Notes: generated by a model from the sequence alone, not told the origin. DNA of 64,000 bases from Antedon mediterranea (GCF_964355755.1 NC_092680.1:4650001-4714000), one strand, 5' to 3'; counted from the first letter of the stretch, positions 28,341 to 41,085 are shown. Numbers and translations: made by a program.

Positions 28341-30495
28341 TCATATCATTTGGTCATCACGCATACTATGCGGATGCGGATATTCAAGGAATGGCTGACC
28401 TACATACATCCCGCTGTGAGTCCTACTCTCATGGAAACCGGGGTGAAAATTATGTTGGTATAAAGTCTTATATTTTACATTTATAAAAAATATATAGCCA
28501 CTTCGCCCTGTTAAATGAACGAAAATAGGCACACAGCATGTATGTAAAATTGTTTTTCAAATGTTGAATAAAAATGTTACTCACCTGCTGAACGTATTGT
28601 GTTAATTTTCGCGGTAATTTTGGTTTGATTTTCAGACGAATAAAATCAGTCACGGTTTAGTCTAAGTGCGATGATGCCTGTCCGTCGTACACCGGCTTTC
28701 CCCACACCCGAGCCACACGCTCAAACACGATATGTCCACTATTTCAACTAATTCTTACAAAACAATGGTGAATTATGTGAAGTCAGATACAAACAATTTG
28801 AATGTTAGTAGTGTTATTGTTGAAGAATGCTTATCGTTTTATATACCACCTATCGCTACAAGATATGATTTGGTCTCATAATTGTTGTGATTGAATAGAA
28901 CTTTTTTTCATAAATGGAAGACTCCATTTTATAAAGGGGGAATTTTACAAAATTAAGGTCTACCTTCGTTCGAGTATCATACGTAGTATACAATATTACG
29001 TAGGATTTAATATCTTTATCTGCTTATTGATTTTACTTTGTTTTTGTTTTTTTAAATGATGAATATTTACCTTACGCAATATTAAAGTAAAACAGTATAT
29101 GCACATTTACAATATTTATTGACACAATGATTACAATCTCAAAATATGTAAACAAAAACAACAATTTTCAGCTGTGACGTAATTTTACATTATTAATATT
29201 GTTGCACGTAATTTTTACAAAATAGTATTTGACTAAAAAGTCTATTTTGGTCAACTAATGATTCTGTAATGGTTTAAAATAGACTTAGATTTGGGTGAGC
29301 CATTTCAACCAATCATTGAGGGTAAGATGATGTGTTTGTAACACATAAAATAAATACACTTGATGTCTTATTGAGTTTGATAAACTAGACTATTTCTTAC
29401 TGAAGAACATACGCCTCTAGAAAAAAAAGTAAAAGTAGCCTACGTTTAGTATATACTAACAAACCAGTATTCTGTTGATTTTATAGCCTACGGCGCCATC
29501 TACAGCTTGAAGTTGCAACGTACAGTAGGCCACAGATATTTTATACTGTCGTACATGATTTACTATAAACATAAAAAACGAAGGTGAACCAACAGACATT
29601 TTTAAAGGAAAGAGGTTTACTTGTTGGCCTAGGACTGACATTTTAAAAGTATAAGTGCAATTTATGAGAACCTAGCAGCTTATTTTTCAAAATTGTCTTA
29701 CAGCCTCCAACATGGTAGAGCGTTGCCAATATAGGAGCCAGCGAGGCATGCAATTTAATTGATCCATGTTTATGACAATACTTTAACACAACAAGCCTAA
29801 TTTTATTGTCAGTCGGCTAAGCTAACCGGTCAGCGATTTTTTCCTCGTACGATAGTTCTTCCATCCATCGGTTCGTTTCAGCCTCAATCAATTCTCTTCC
29901 GTACGCCAGCTCACCGATGCGTGACAACGTATACACACCGCGAGCTAACTTCAGTCACACCCAAAGATCGTATAGCGCCACGTAGTGCGGCCATACACAC
30001 CAACTACCATAAACGTTTATTATTCATAACATATTATTACAATACAATATCTTGCATGAATCGGACATTTCGCTACCAATGTAGCAACTTGATTAACAAA
30101 ATAAAAAAAAAAATGTGGCGTGTTGACCGCGAATGACTAACAATCTAATTTCCCACTACACCTGCACAACCATTGCATAAGAACCACGGCATACCAAACC
30201 GTTTCGTACACCTGTGATGAAAATAATAAATTCAATTTCCTTTAAAATTGAGGGCGGCAAACATAACATTTATGAGATCGAATACAGGTTGACAAAAAAA
30301 ATTAATAAAAAAAAAGATGTTAAATGTGCGCTCCCTGCCTCAGCACTAAGGCCCTGCCACAGCCTTTTTGGGGTCGTTCCCAGCACATCACCAGATGCAT
30401 TGATGTTGTCGCCTCATGATGTGTGGTGGAAAGGGGGACGTATAATTCTGTGAACCCCAAACACAGTTGGTCGCATACCTTTAACTCTATTCCAC

Positions 30496-30568
30496 CGACC
30501 AGCGTGGGACTTGAACCCACGACATACGTGTTGTTAACACGACGCTCAGGCGACTGAGCTAACTGATT
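30496..30568 (-). pseudogene. tRNA-Ile(AAT)-like pseudogene / repeat head (anticodon position reads AAC)
   Basis: AATCAGT TAGCTCAGTCGCCTGAGCG TCGTG TTAACAA CACGT ATGTC GTGGG TTCAAGT CCCAC GCTGGTC G: 73 nt, perfect T-arm, but no D-loop GG and mismatches in the acceptor and anticodon stems. Confidence 0.65.
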
Positions 30569-30594
30569 ATTTTGGTTTTAAAAAGGTTAATATG

Positions 30595-30745
30595 ATATTT
30601 ATGACGTAATGATGAATTACGTAATACGCGTATAAATAGACTATTATCAGCTATTTAGTCATATACTACTTTGTAGCGTAACAGGTAATGCTCAGGTTTG
30701 AGTGCTCTCAGCTCGAGTTCGAACCTCTACGGATTTTTTTTTTAA
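30595..30745 (+). repeat. Dispersed repeat with a degenerate tRNA-like unit (A box, B box, oligo-T)
   Basis: ATATTTATGACGTAATGATGAATTACGTAATA...AATAGACTATTA...GCGTAACAGGTAATGCTC...GAGTTCGAACCTCTACGGA(T)n; second copy at 491-645. Confidence 0.75.
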
Positions 30746-32459
30746 ATTTAAAATAATGAATATGTTTAATGAAAGTGATTTGGAAAAATGAAAGCATCAT
30801 TATTTTATTTTTGTCCGTCCGTAATTAACAACACTCCTTATTTTTTTTTTATTTAATACTATTACTAGGCCTAGGCCCTAGCCTATATTGCAAAAATATA
30901 AAACATTGAGGGTTAGGGTCAGATTGTCGGCTGTTTCGACATGTGCTTTGTGTAAACGGGTAGGCTCCGTTTTGAGTAGGGCCTACTCTCAGCTACATAC
31001 TGGTTTCGATTTCCACGGATACATATATATAGGCCTATATATATTTTTTTTGGAATTATGACGATATCGACAACGCTGAAAAAATGAAATCAGCAGCAGA
31101 GTTTCAGCAGTTATTTTTACAAAACGTTATTTGAAATACAACATCGATTTTTTTTTCATATTTTATTTCATTCATATTTTCTCTACAAAAGTGTGAATTA
31201 TATATACGACAAAAAGACGCACGTATCGCGTGGTTGTGCCGAAACATGAAGTGAAGATAGCTGAAGGATTGTCAGTATCTGTCAGGAGAATAAATGCAAC
31301 AGCGCCACCAATATGCAGTTGACGCGTCAACTTTTAATTGTTGTATTATACTTGTTTTTCTTGATATGATACGTTACTGGTTTGAGTATGGTTTTAACCT
31401 CAAACCTACGTTTATTCTTCAATTAACATATACAATAAAGTATTATAATATTAGACATTTTTTATAGTAGTTCTGAACGTAAAACACTTATGCTATCATT
31501 TTTTATTCCAGTGTTACTGGTGTTAGTACTATACTAACTACATTATAAATAAAGATATTATTGCGATGTATTTACATGTAATCGTGAAATAAATACATTC
31601 AATGCTATATAATACACTGCGATTAGAAGTTAGCACTGTAGGACGGGCATTTATCAATTTTGTTGACTTTTGAAAATTAAGTGCGGTGCCTGAAAAACGA
31701 ATACATTAAAACCAGACCATTTAGGAGATATAAACAATTCATTCCTAGGCCTACATAGCTAACTGTCGGGATTCAAAATGGGTTTTTTTTAATAAAAAAA
31801 AAACATTTTGATTTTTAATTTTAAAAAAACCCGAATAGATTTTGATTGTCATGTTCATCCTATGAATTTGAATATTGTTTATTACAGAATATTCAACCAC
31901 GGGAAATTGGTGGTCAACCTTATTTATTTTTAATCTAATTCTTTCTACAAATATGATTTAATGTCAATTAATAAAAAAAGGTAGCTTATTATTGCGACGT
32001 ATTTACATGTACCTAGCAAAGCTTGTGTAGGCCTATACCATGTATTACTTTTTAGTTTAAAAAAAGATTATGTACAGTCGGAAATCCTGTGCACAGTGTA
32101 CGTGTATGTTTTTATACTTTGTAAAATAATATTATTATACAAATAAAAACATGATGAAAATAAAATGTTATAAATAAATGTTATATATTGTATAAAAGAA
32201 AATTGCGTCACGATTCTGTTTTTATTATAGCTTAGCTATCTTTAATTGGTATTTATTTCTTCGGGCTTATTATATGTTTATTTCTATTTATCTATCCAAC
32301 ATTTTTTTAGTTTACTTTTGCCATAGACCTATTCCATTAAATATGACATTATGACGTGCAATGTTTAATTAGGATATCTTAGTATGCTTAACAAATAATA
32401 CGTCATTCCCCTTACCAAAGAAAATACTATTAAAATGAAGTCGGGTAGCTTCAAAACAA

Positions 32460-32898
32460 AATCATAAACATCGCCCTCTATGGCTTGATCATCCCTCACA
32501 AAAAAGGGTTGTTGTTCCAAAGGTCATCGTGTGACCGGAGATAGATAGGATGTTGAAAGTTTACCTGTTTCGCCGAGAAATACAGAAGTTTGTGATAAGA
32601 AAAACAAATTAATGAGTTGTCTGGTGATAATTAATTGAACTGTCAAACAAATGAAATGTATTTCAATTGTATAATTCATTTATTGTTTATCAGATTATAG
32701 AATTTCGCAGGAAATATCTAGACTTGTCGGCAGAGCAGGTGGATTGGAAGAAGGGTGGAGACATTCGCAACCCTTCCTTTTGAGAGAAAGAAGTGAGGTC
32801 GCGGAGGTTCTCAGCTTTCTTCCTTGGGACAAAAAAGTTGCCTAGGCCTAGTAGGCTAGGCTAGTTTTTGAAGAATATCGACATCTTTTCTACGCTAA
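32460..32898 (+). promoter_or_regulatory. Probable Rab23 promoter and non-coding first exon
   Basis: CpG-richer stretch ending at a donor-like AA|GTATGT (32899); the ATG exon begins at an acceptor (35705-35706) only 24 nt before the ATG, so an upstream exon is needed. TSS not determinable. Confidence 0.5.
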
Positions 32899-33939
32899 GT
32901 ATGTCATAATTTTTTACTGTTTGTTGTTTTTTATGTTGTCATGGTTATTAAACTGGCCGCTATATACATTACAGTGGTTATTTTTTACATGATAAAAAAT
33001 GTATGAATGAGTGGTGGATAAAAATAAAAAACACATCACATTCACAGAAGTGTCAGTGACTGTCATTAGACAGGCTAGGCCACGTTTCAGTAGTGGTGGT
33101 CCTACTAAAACCAGCCCGGAGCACCCAATGTGCTCGGAGAGCACCCAATTTGCCCCGACTGAGAGCGCCTGGACCGCTCGAGGTACTGGAAAAACACTCA
33201 AATGGCTGCCACGGATTATGCTTTTTTACATTTTTAAGACCGTTTCATTTTTACTAGAATTACTGTGATTAAATAGGCCTAGATGATTTGATCGTGCATG
33301 GTGTATATTAACTAAATTTATAATTAGTTAAAAAATTTTACAAACCCGACACTTTTTTAAATTTATTTATAATAATATACTTTTACATTCATTTATTACA
33401 GTCATATCATCATTATTTGCCATCAATTACAGTATAACACTTTTATAAAAAGATGAAGTACAGTAGTTGAAATCAATAAATTGAAACGCATAAAACTGGC
33501 GATCCAATTAATTTATCTTAATACTTAGAACATCATAGGCCTATCATGCCTCTCAGTTTATAACAAAAACTTATCCTGTGTCTGAACTAATACTACTACT
33601 GTATGCAATTGCAAGGGTTTTTTTCGGGCGCGGTGGGCAGGTTTTTGTAGGACCCGTCATTAGTGCACTGTGGCTTAAACAGGCCAGCCTACAGTAGTTG
33701 AAGAAGAACCTATCCTTGCCATTTCATTGTTAGTTACTGTACACATTTCTATATTGTTGTGCCATTCAGTTTAACATCTAATGATGTGTAATCTATTTCA
33801 TAACAAATTAATTAGTGTAGTGTTCTACTATAAACAAGATTTATTTTCAAGTTGAATAAAAATATTACTAATTATACTTTTATTGTGTGACCCCTTTTTT
33901 AAGTAATAATGTAGGGTTTTTAATCAAAAACAAGTGCAA

Positions 33940-34094
33940 AGCTCTGTCTTCACTATCAAACTAGTTTGACAAAAAAAGTATGATGTGCCCAAATATGGTA
34001 GTGATGCCTACATATGGTAGTGATATGACATCATGTCCCTATATGGGCACATCACATTTTTTGTCGCATAAAGTTTGATAGTGTGGACAAAGCT
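33940..34094. mobile_element. MITE family B copy
   Basis: Both TIRs and internal 21-mer present. Confidence 0.8.
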
Positions 34095-34695
34095 TAAAGT
34101 TTTCAATCAACATTCCAACACCATATCAATTGTACTTGGCAAACTAAACTTCCCTTTGTAACTGTCCAAGCAGTGTAAACATCTTCTGCTTCATTAAAAG
34201 CACTTTGGTGTTCTAAACAAAAAAATACCTTGGCTTCATTGCAATAGCTGAAAACAATGAATTATTCCTTTTAAAGACTTTTTTGTAATTTTATAAAGTT
34301 GCAATGTTAAATTGTTAATTCTGTTTACAGCATACAGTAATACTGTACACCAAGGTACAGTACAGGACTTACAGTAATGTGTTTGTGAAGAATGTGCTGT
34401 AACCTGTTGGCCTGTCCCAATACTTACCTAATTTTCATGTAATAAAAACAAAGTGCCAAGGGTCCGAGAGGCACACCTAATCATCTGCATTAAAATTAAT
34501 TACATATACCGAGTATGTAAGTGCCAGGATCGAGGGTATGAAATTTGGAGAAAATCTGGGAATGGCCTGATTACAGTACTAAACTTAAATTGCCTTAAAA
34601 ATGGATTTACACCAAAATTTGTATTTTAATATTATTAGGTTATTGAATGTTAGCATCCCTCGTTTTTACAAACATACTGTAGTACATCTGCCCGT

Positions 34696-34772
34696 GGGAT
34701 TATACTAGGTTGAACATGGGATTATACTAGGTTGAACATGGGATTATTCTAGGTTGAACATGGGATTATACT
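34696..34772. repeat. 22-bp tandem repeat, ~3.5 copies
   Basis: Unit GGGATTATACTAGGTTGAACAT. Confidence 0.9.
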
Positions 34773-35730
34773 GTTTGGTGTCACACGCTACAGTACATTT
34801 TACATTACATTTACATGTCTCAATTGGGTCACATACTGTAGCACTGCAAACCGAAATGGCCTGTTGTGAGCAGTCCACCATAAATTAATTGGTACGGATA
34901 CAGCAGTACTATAGTATTTTGTTTGCACTTTACAGATTGCAATCATTTTATTGAGGATGCTTGTTATGTTATAGTACCTGATCAATACCTTCCTGATTAA
35001 TTTCACATGTCCATGAATGAAATAGAAGCAGTCCTTGATACTTGAAATGTCAGTGATACACACTGTACTTCACTTTTAAAATTATGCTTGTTTCATGTAA
35101 TTAATTGGTACGAGAAGAGATCATTTAATGATTAAAGTTATATACCAGTACCACTTGTTTTCATTACTGTATGATATTAAATTGTAATAATGGATTGTTG
35201 GTATCATTAAATTGATGAGAAAGAGGTAGGTTGTTTAAGCAAGCATTCATGTGACATTTACGGTGTATATAAAAGATTGTACCGTTATATGGGGATCTGA
35301 TAGGGAAACCTATACTTTGGAATATTGAGTGACCAGGTATTATAGCTAAGATTCCCATGACAACCTTTGACCTGAAATCAAAGTTGGCTTGTTAACATCT
35401 CTACAGTACCCTGTACATAAGATTTAATTTCACATAGTAAAGAATTATATATTTAGTTGTCATTTTTTTAAATAGTATGTAAAATTAACAGTACAGTTTA
35501 CATAACAATATTATTTATTTATTATAATTACAATAAATTCATTAGTTTTTACTGATTACTAATATTACTGAGCCAACCAAAATACATTTCCACTATAGTT
35601 AATCCTAATTATTCATGATTAAACTAAATGCTTGATTACTTGTACTGTATGTACAATATATTCCATATATATCCCAATTATTAATTTTTCATATTTTTTT
35701 TAACAGGTTCTTTCAATTAAACTATAAAAC

Positions 35731-38700
35731 ATGAAAGAGGAAGACATTGAGATTGCCATCAAGGTGATTGTAGTTGGCAATGGAGCTGTCGGCAAATCCA
35801 GTATGATTCAACGCTACTGCAAAGGAATATTCACCGCAGATTACAAAAAGACAATTGGTGTCGACTTTCTAGAAAAACAAATTGAGTAAGTCTATTATTA
35901 AACGCTTTTTCTTAATAATAATAAGTAGCGCATTTCTATCTACAGTAGAGCACATTGATACCTCGGTCATTTTTTGGATCAAATTCATGTATAGAACATA
36001 CTCCCATATAATGCAGCTAGTAGTCAGCGCAAAGTTGTCTTTTGATCTCAACCGGGTACCCATTTTATACACCTGGTTGGAGAGAGGCAACTGTACAGTA
36101 TTAAGTATTAAGTGTCTTGCCTATTAGGATACATGCGGCGACAGTTGGATTTGAATCACGTTCTCAGATGAGTTACAATCCAACGCCACAGGCCCTCACA
36201 TGCGTCTTTATTATAACAATTAACATCTAGCACTGGAATTTCTGATCTAACAAATTGAATACCACGACAAACACAAAACATTTAAATACTGTACAGTATT
36301 TAAAATGAATGGACAATTTTTCTGTATTTCAATTAAAAACTAGAGTATTATGTAATTTGATTAATTACTTTGTTACAATACTGTACAAAGTATGCTGTAG
36401 GCCAACTGTACCTGTGTGGCATTACGTTGTCTGTACAATATGTGCATATTGTTTATGTTTGAACTATCACAGTAATCGTACTCTAAAGACGAAAGTGGTC
36501 AGAAAACGTGCTTGGATTAAATGAGCTTTAGACTTGACAGTAATTACGCTGATATTTAAGATCGTGTTCGTGAATAATGGTAAACTGATATAAAAAAACT
36601 GTGATTTCACGATTCGCTGTCAACACTTTTTTGCAATGGCTTCATCGGTTGCCATGGATATCGGGATTGAACTGTTTTTCATAAAATCTCTTGTCACATA
36701 AAGGAGATTTATTCGCTAGATATTACCATCTCAGCAAACTCTACGGTCTTTAATTTCCAGCATTTATTTCTAAAGCTTTGTCTATACTATCAAACTTTAG
36801 AAATAAATGCTGGAAATTAAAGATCGTAGAGTTTGCTGAGATGGTAGTGATATACCCAAACATTTTTTTGTCACATAAATTTGATAATGTAGACAGAGCT
36901 TTAGTTACCTTAATATTAAGAATCTCCTTTTGCACTTTGTCAAGTACTAACTGTATGTAGATTTTTTTACTTTTATGATAATTTTCCTAATAAATTCAAA
37001 TCAAATCAATAATTCATCTTAAAAACACAATTATTTGCTAATGACCTAACAACTGTGTGCAGATAGTAGTCTGTTTAAATGAATAAATACTATTATTGTG
37101 TACAGTACATTCCAGGTGACCTACATTATTCATTTTTTCATATTTTTTATCTTTATTTCATAATCAGATTACATATAATATACAGTATAACACGCACACA
37201 TTTCTCCCTTTTACACACCTTTGAAAATGTTGTAATTTTTTTTTTATTTTTCAGAATTAACGATGAGGAAGTGAGAATGATGTTATGGGACACAGCAGGC
37301 CAGGAGGAATTTGATGCCATCACTAAATCTTATTATCGTGGTAATTATTACTGTTTTACAGAATCCAAAGCACTAATTTGATCCTAAATATACAAAGCTG
37401 AAGAACAGTCACACACTAACCCTGTAGATAATTTGTTTTCATAGTGCCATGACAGACTTTTAATTAGAGATATTTACTTTACATTACAAGTGTGTTATCG
37501 TGCCTTACAATAGATATTTAAATGGTAGATGCTCATGATGTGAATATAAAAATCTACAGTAGCATGTAATTCATTGTTTAAATAATACTTTAAATCATGA
37601 ATAATACCACCAAACTTACGAGTTAAGACTGACTATAGCGAGGCATTTAATAAAAATTGTTGTTTTATTATGCTAATTACTTACTCATTTACATACACAT
37701 GTCCTATTGGTATATAAGCACTCTAGGCGTTGTTTACTGTTCTGATGATGAGAATAGTTTCTCGAAACATGTCACATTTACATTTTAAGGCAGTTTGCCT
37801 TTTTATTAAATGCCTCGCTGTAGTCATCCTAATAACACTGTACCTTTAAATATTGCTTATATTAATGTTGTCTATTACGTGTCTACTGTAGCTTACAGTA
37901 CCTGGATGAACCAACATAGGCCTTATCCCCTTCAAGGGGAGAACATAACCCGAAAAGTGAAAATTGTTCTGAACTCCCCTTCAAGACAGTGGTATGGCCC
38001 TTGTACCTTTAAATATTGCTTGTAATTTGTTGTCTATTATAAATATTTCTAGCTTACCTGAATGAACCGACATAAGTCTTATCCCCTTCATGGGGAGAAT
38101 ATAACCCGAAAATTTAAAATTGTTCCTGAACTCCCCTCCAAGACAGTGGTATCACCCGTGTACCTTTAAATATTGCTTGTAATTTGTTATTAAAATATGA
38201 TATTGATAAATAATGATGTAACTGTATACAGAGTTATTATACAGAGTTCAAATGCTGATCAGTGTGTTTGCTTTAAATTCCAATTATCTGTCTAATATTA
38301 ATAATATAAACAACATATATTTATTCTATGTTATTAAAGTGTGAATATTATATTAATAAATAAAACTGATCAATTTCATAATATCTATATCACTTTAGTA
38401 GCATACAGTTAATGTAAATTTAAACAATAACAATATTATTATAAAACAACTAAAACACTATTGGGCCTAGACTGTTGGTTTGGGTATTAGGAGGTGTAAT
38501 TTGTAAAGCACAAACAAGCTTTTACTGGTTGTTTACGGTGTAGTGGAAGAAAATGGTACTGTGCTTTTCAGGTCTTGTGGTTTTCTAAAAATAAAAAAAC
38601 CACAATAAAAAAACCAGAAAAGGCATGCATTTTGTTTTTCTCTTCATCCGCAGTAAGATAATTTACCTAGTGCGCCACCAAACTCTACTCCCTAGTTACT

Positions 38701-40479
38701 TAAATAAATCAACAGTATAACACTTCTTTAATCGCCTATATAAATATTTCTCACTATTGTAGTGGGGAAGCCAGGAAATTATGGGTGGATGTTAATATCA
38801 TTAGGTATACCTGCCAACCTTGACATAACTATTTCTATGCAATCTTTATCTTGGTTTTTGTAGGTGCTCAAGCATGCGTCTTAGCCTTCTCCACCGTAGA
38901 TCGTGACTCATTTGAAGCAATAGAATCTTGGAAACGAAAAGTAGAAGATGAAGTATCATCTATCCCGATGGTTCTTATACAAAATAAAATTGATTTGGTT
39001 GATGATGCAGTTTTAGAACCGTAAGTTGCTGAAACATAGTTTAAACCTAACATTTCAATTCAATTCATCTTTTGTTTCAGACAAACTGTTCATATAGATA
39101 TACAGTATACAATAAAAAATCAAAGAAATACAAAGCATTATGTACAGTGATGACAACCATAACAAAATCATAGTAGTGCCTCTATCCATTTGATATTGAT
39201 ATTGATATCATTCGTTTCTTTATTTCAATATTTCATTTTTTATATAGTTTAGAGAGATTATAGTAATTCAGTTAAATATGCAGAGATATCATTTCCCTGT
39301 GTAGCTACTGTACCTACAGAAGAAATTGCGCAAGTAGGACATGACTAAATGATGTTTATATTGTTTGAAGGTTTGCATGGCGAAAATCAATATGTTGACA
39401 TAAATTAAACGTTATGTAGTTCTGAAACTAAGAAACTCAAAGAAAAAAGTTCTTTTCAGGATTACTGTACAGATACATGTTTACTGAAAACTTTATACAA
39501 CATATGAATTATTTATTACAAAAAATGATCTAATTATCACATAAATGTTATTTATGTTTGATTGATAATTATTTTTTTATTTTGTTTCAGAGAAGAAGCT
39601 GAAGCATTAGCAAAGCGTTTAAAATTAAGATTTTATCGAACGTCTGTAAAAGAAAATCTAAACATAGAGGACGTGTTTCGATATTTAGCCGATAAATATA
39701 TCCAAAAGTTACAATCAACCGAAACGGAAGACAATGAAACAACCAATGCTAAAATTGGTAAGTATAGTATGTGACAAAAAAATGTGATGTGCCCATTATA
39801 TGGACATGATTATGTCATATCACTACCATATTTGGGCATATCACTACTATATTTGGGCATATCACTACTATATTTGGGCATATCACTACTATATTTGGGC
39901 ACATCACACTTTTTTTGTCAAACTATAGTTTGATAGTATAGACAGAGCTTTAGAGAAACTATGTCATGGGTAATATACTCCACCTCTCTATTTTAGGGAA
40001 GCATATGAACACTCCCTTTAGGTCACATTTAGGAACCTACAGTATTCTAAAGTCTGTCCCACAGAAATTTCTATGAAATGTAGCATCCCTGTGGCATCCA
40101 TTTTAAAGGAATTTTAGTCATGGGACTAAACAAGAAATATATGTATTCATTGTGTTACCTAACCCTTTTCAGACATTTCAGACAGTGTTTTATTTTACTA
40201 TTATTATAAATAATGCATATAACATAATGGTGTCAAAATACTATAAAATGAGGAAATTTATTTTAGGACTTCTACTAAAACAGCACTCTACAAATAGAAT
40301 ATATAGAAGTGCTAAAATAATTGTTTTATTTTACAGGTATTTTTAATATATCAACACCCACATCTACCACGACAAATTCAGGTGAAAAGAATGTAGATGG
40401 CGTTATACAACTGAAACCAAACAAGCAAAGAACGAAGGGAAAGAAACATCCATTGAAGGCCTTTTGTACTATCCTCTAA
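35731..40479 (+). CDS. RAB23: Ras-related small GTPase Rab23, 5 coding exons, ~235 aa
   Basis: Exons 35731-35885, 37255-37340, 38864-39020, 39591-39757, 40337-40479; GT-AG, 708 nt. MKEEDIEIAIKVIVVGNGAVGKSSMIQRYCKGIFTADYKKTIGVDFLEK, LWDTAGQEEFDAITKSYYRGAQA, VLIQNKIDL, FYRTSVKE, C-terminal CaaX CTIL. Confidence 0.96.
35910..36200 (-). mobile_element. tRNA-derived SINE (degraded)
   Basis: Homologous to 56915-57207: CTCTCTCCAACCAGGTGTATAAAATGGGTACCCGG core, tRNA-like head at the right end, (ATT)n tail at the left. Confidence 0.7.
36774..36900. mobile_element. MITE family B copy with an inverted copy of flanking DNA inside
   Basis: Both TIRs present; 36795-36846 is the reverse complement of 36724-36775. 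Confidence 0.75.
37630..37826 (+). mobile_element. Penelope-like pLTR remnant bounded by 27-bp inverted repeats
   Basis: 37630-37656 TGACTATAGCGAGGCATTTAATAAAAA is the reverse complement (1 mismatch) of 37800-37826; between them are ATTGG, TATATAAG (37711-37718), the hammerhead motif and ATTAAA. Confidence 0.6.
37738..37776 (+). ncRNA. Minimal type I hammerhead ribozyme motif (Penelope-like) in a Rab23 intron
   Basis: CTGATGA(37742-37748)-T-GAGAA tagt TTCTC (5-bp stem II)-GAAA-CATG-TC: full catalytic core, palindromic ACATGT stem III, GUC cleavage triplet ending 37773; stem I short (TGT/ACA with one extra T). Confidence 0.7.
37838..38190. repeat. ~160-bp tandem duplication (2.2 copies)
   Basis: TGTACCTTTAAATATTGCTT recurs at about 37839, 38002 and 38159; the bodies align. 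Confidence 0.9.
39768..39949. mobile_element. MITE family B copy lacking the left TIR, abutting a Rab23 splice donor
   Basis: Three 21-mers and the right TIR; starts about 10 nt after the GTAAGT donor at 39758. Confidence 0.75.
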
Positions 40480-40844
40480 AATAATGGAATCTTCCATCTT
40501 ATATGTTCGCATGTGTTTTCTTCCGGAATATTCCAATATACCAGGTTTTCTGGAGAATTATGACTTTTTAGGCTGATGTATAATGTTTAGCCAGGATAAA
40601 GTCAAATCATCACATTTCCCAGGAGTATAAATTGGCCCATTTTGTATGGATCAATAAGCCACCTTGAATTACTCCTAAGAACAGATTGACACTCCAGTGT
40701 ATAATGTGAGCATGCAATTGTTACTTATGAAAGTACCGGTATATATACTCTCCAAGCATACTATCTTGTTGAGCTTTGATATTTAATATAATAATGTCAT
40801 CACATCATTTATCCACCAGATTGTCAGTGCTGTATCATCACATT

Positions 40845-41085
40845 ATAACAAGCAAATTCTGTAAAGCATCTCATGTGGTGCCTGTATTTTTAGGGGTTAC
40901 TGTGGGTAGGTTATATGCATGATATAGGCATCACATGTGAAACACATGAGTTTCTAGAAATGTTTATCACAAGCAAATTCCTTAATAAAGCATCTCATGT
41001 AGTGCCTGTATTTTTAAGGGTTTCTGTAGGTAGGGTATATGCATGATACAGGCATCACATGTGGCTCACACATGAGTTGCTAGAA
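40845..41085. repeat. ~120-bp tandem duplication with internal hairpin, downstream of the Rab23 stop
   Basis: ACAAGCAAATTC...CTCATGT(G/A)GTGCCTGTAT...ATA(T/C)AGGCATCACATGTG...CACATGAGTT twice. Confidence 0.85.

Noticed and set aside
30496-30568. Functional tRNA-Val(AAC) gene
   Set aside because: Ile-type scaffold, missing D-loop GG, mismatched acceptor and anticodon stems, no adjacent terminator.
6200-32400. Conserved bilaterian/echinoderm microRNAs in the long gene-free interval
   Set aside because: No mature sequence that I recognise was seen by eye; a miRBase/MirGeneDB search would be needed to exclude them.
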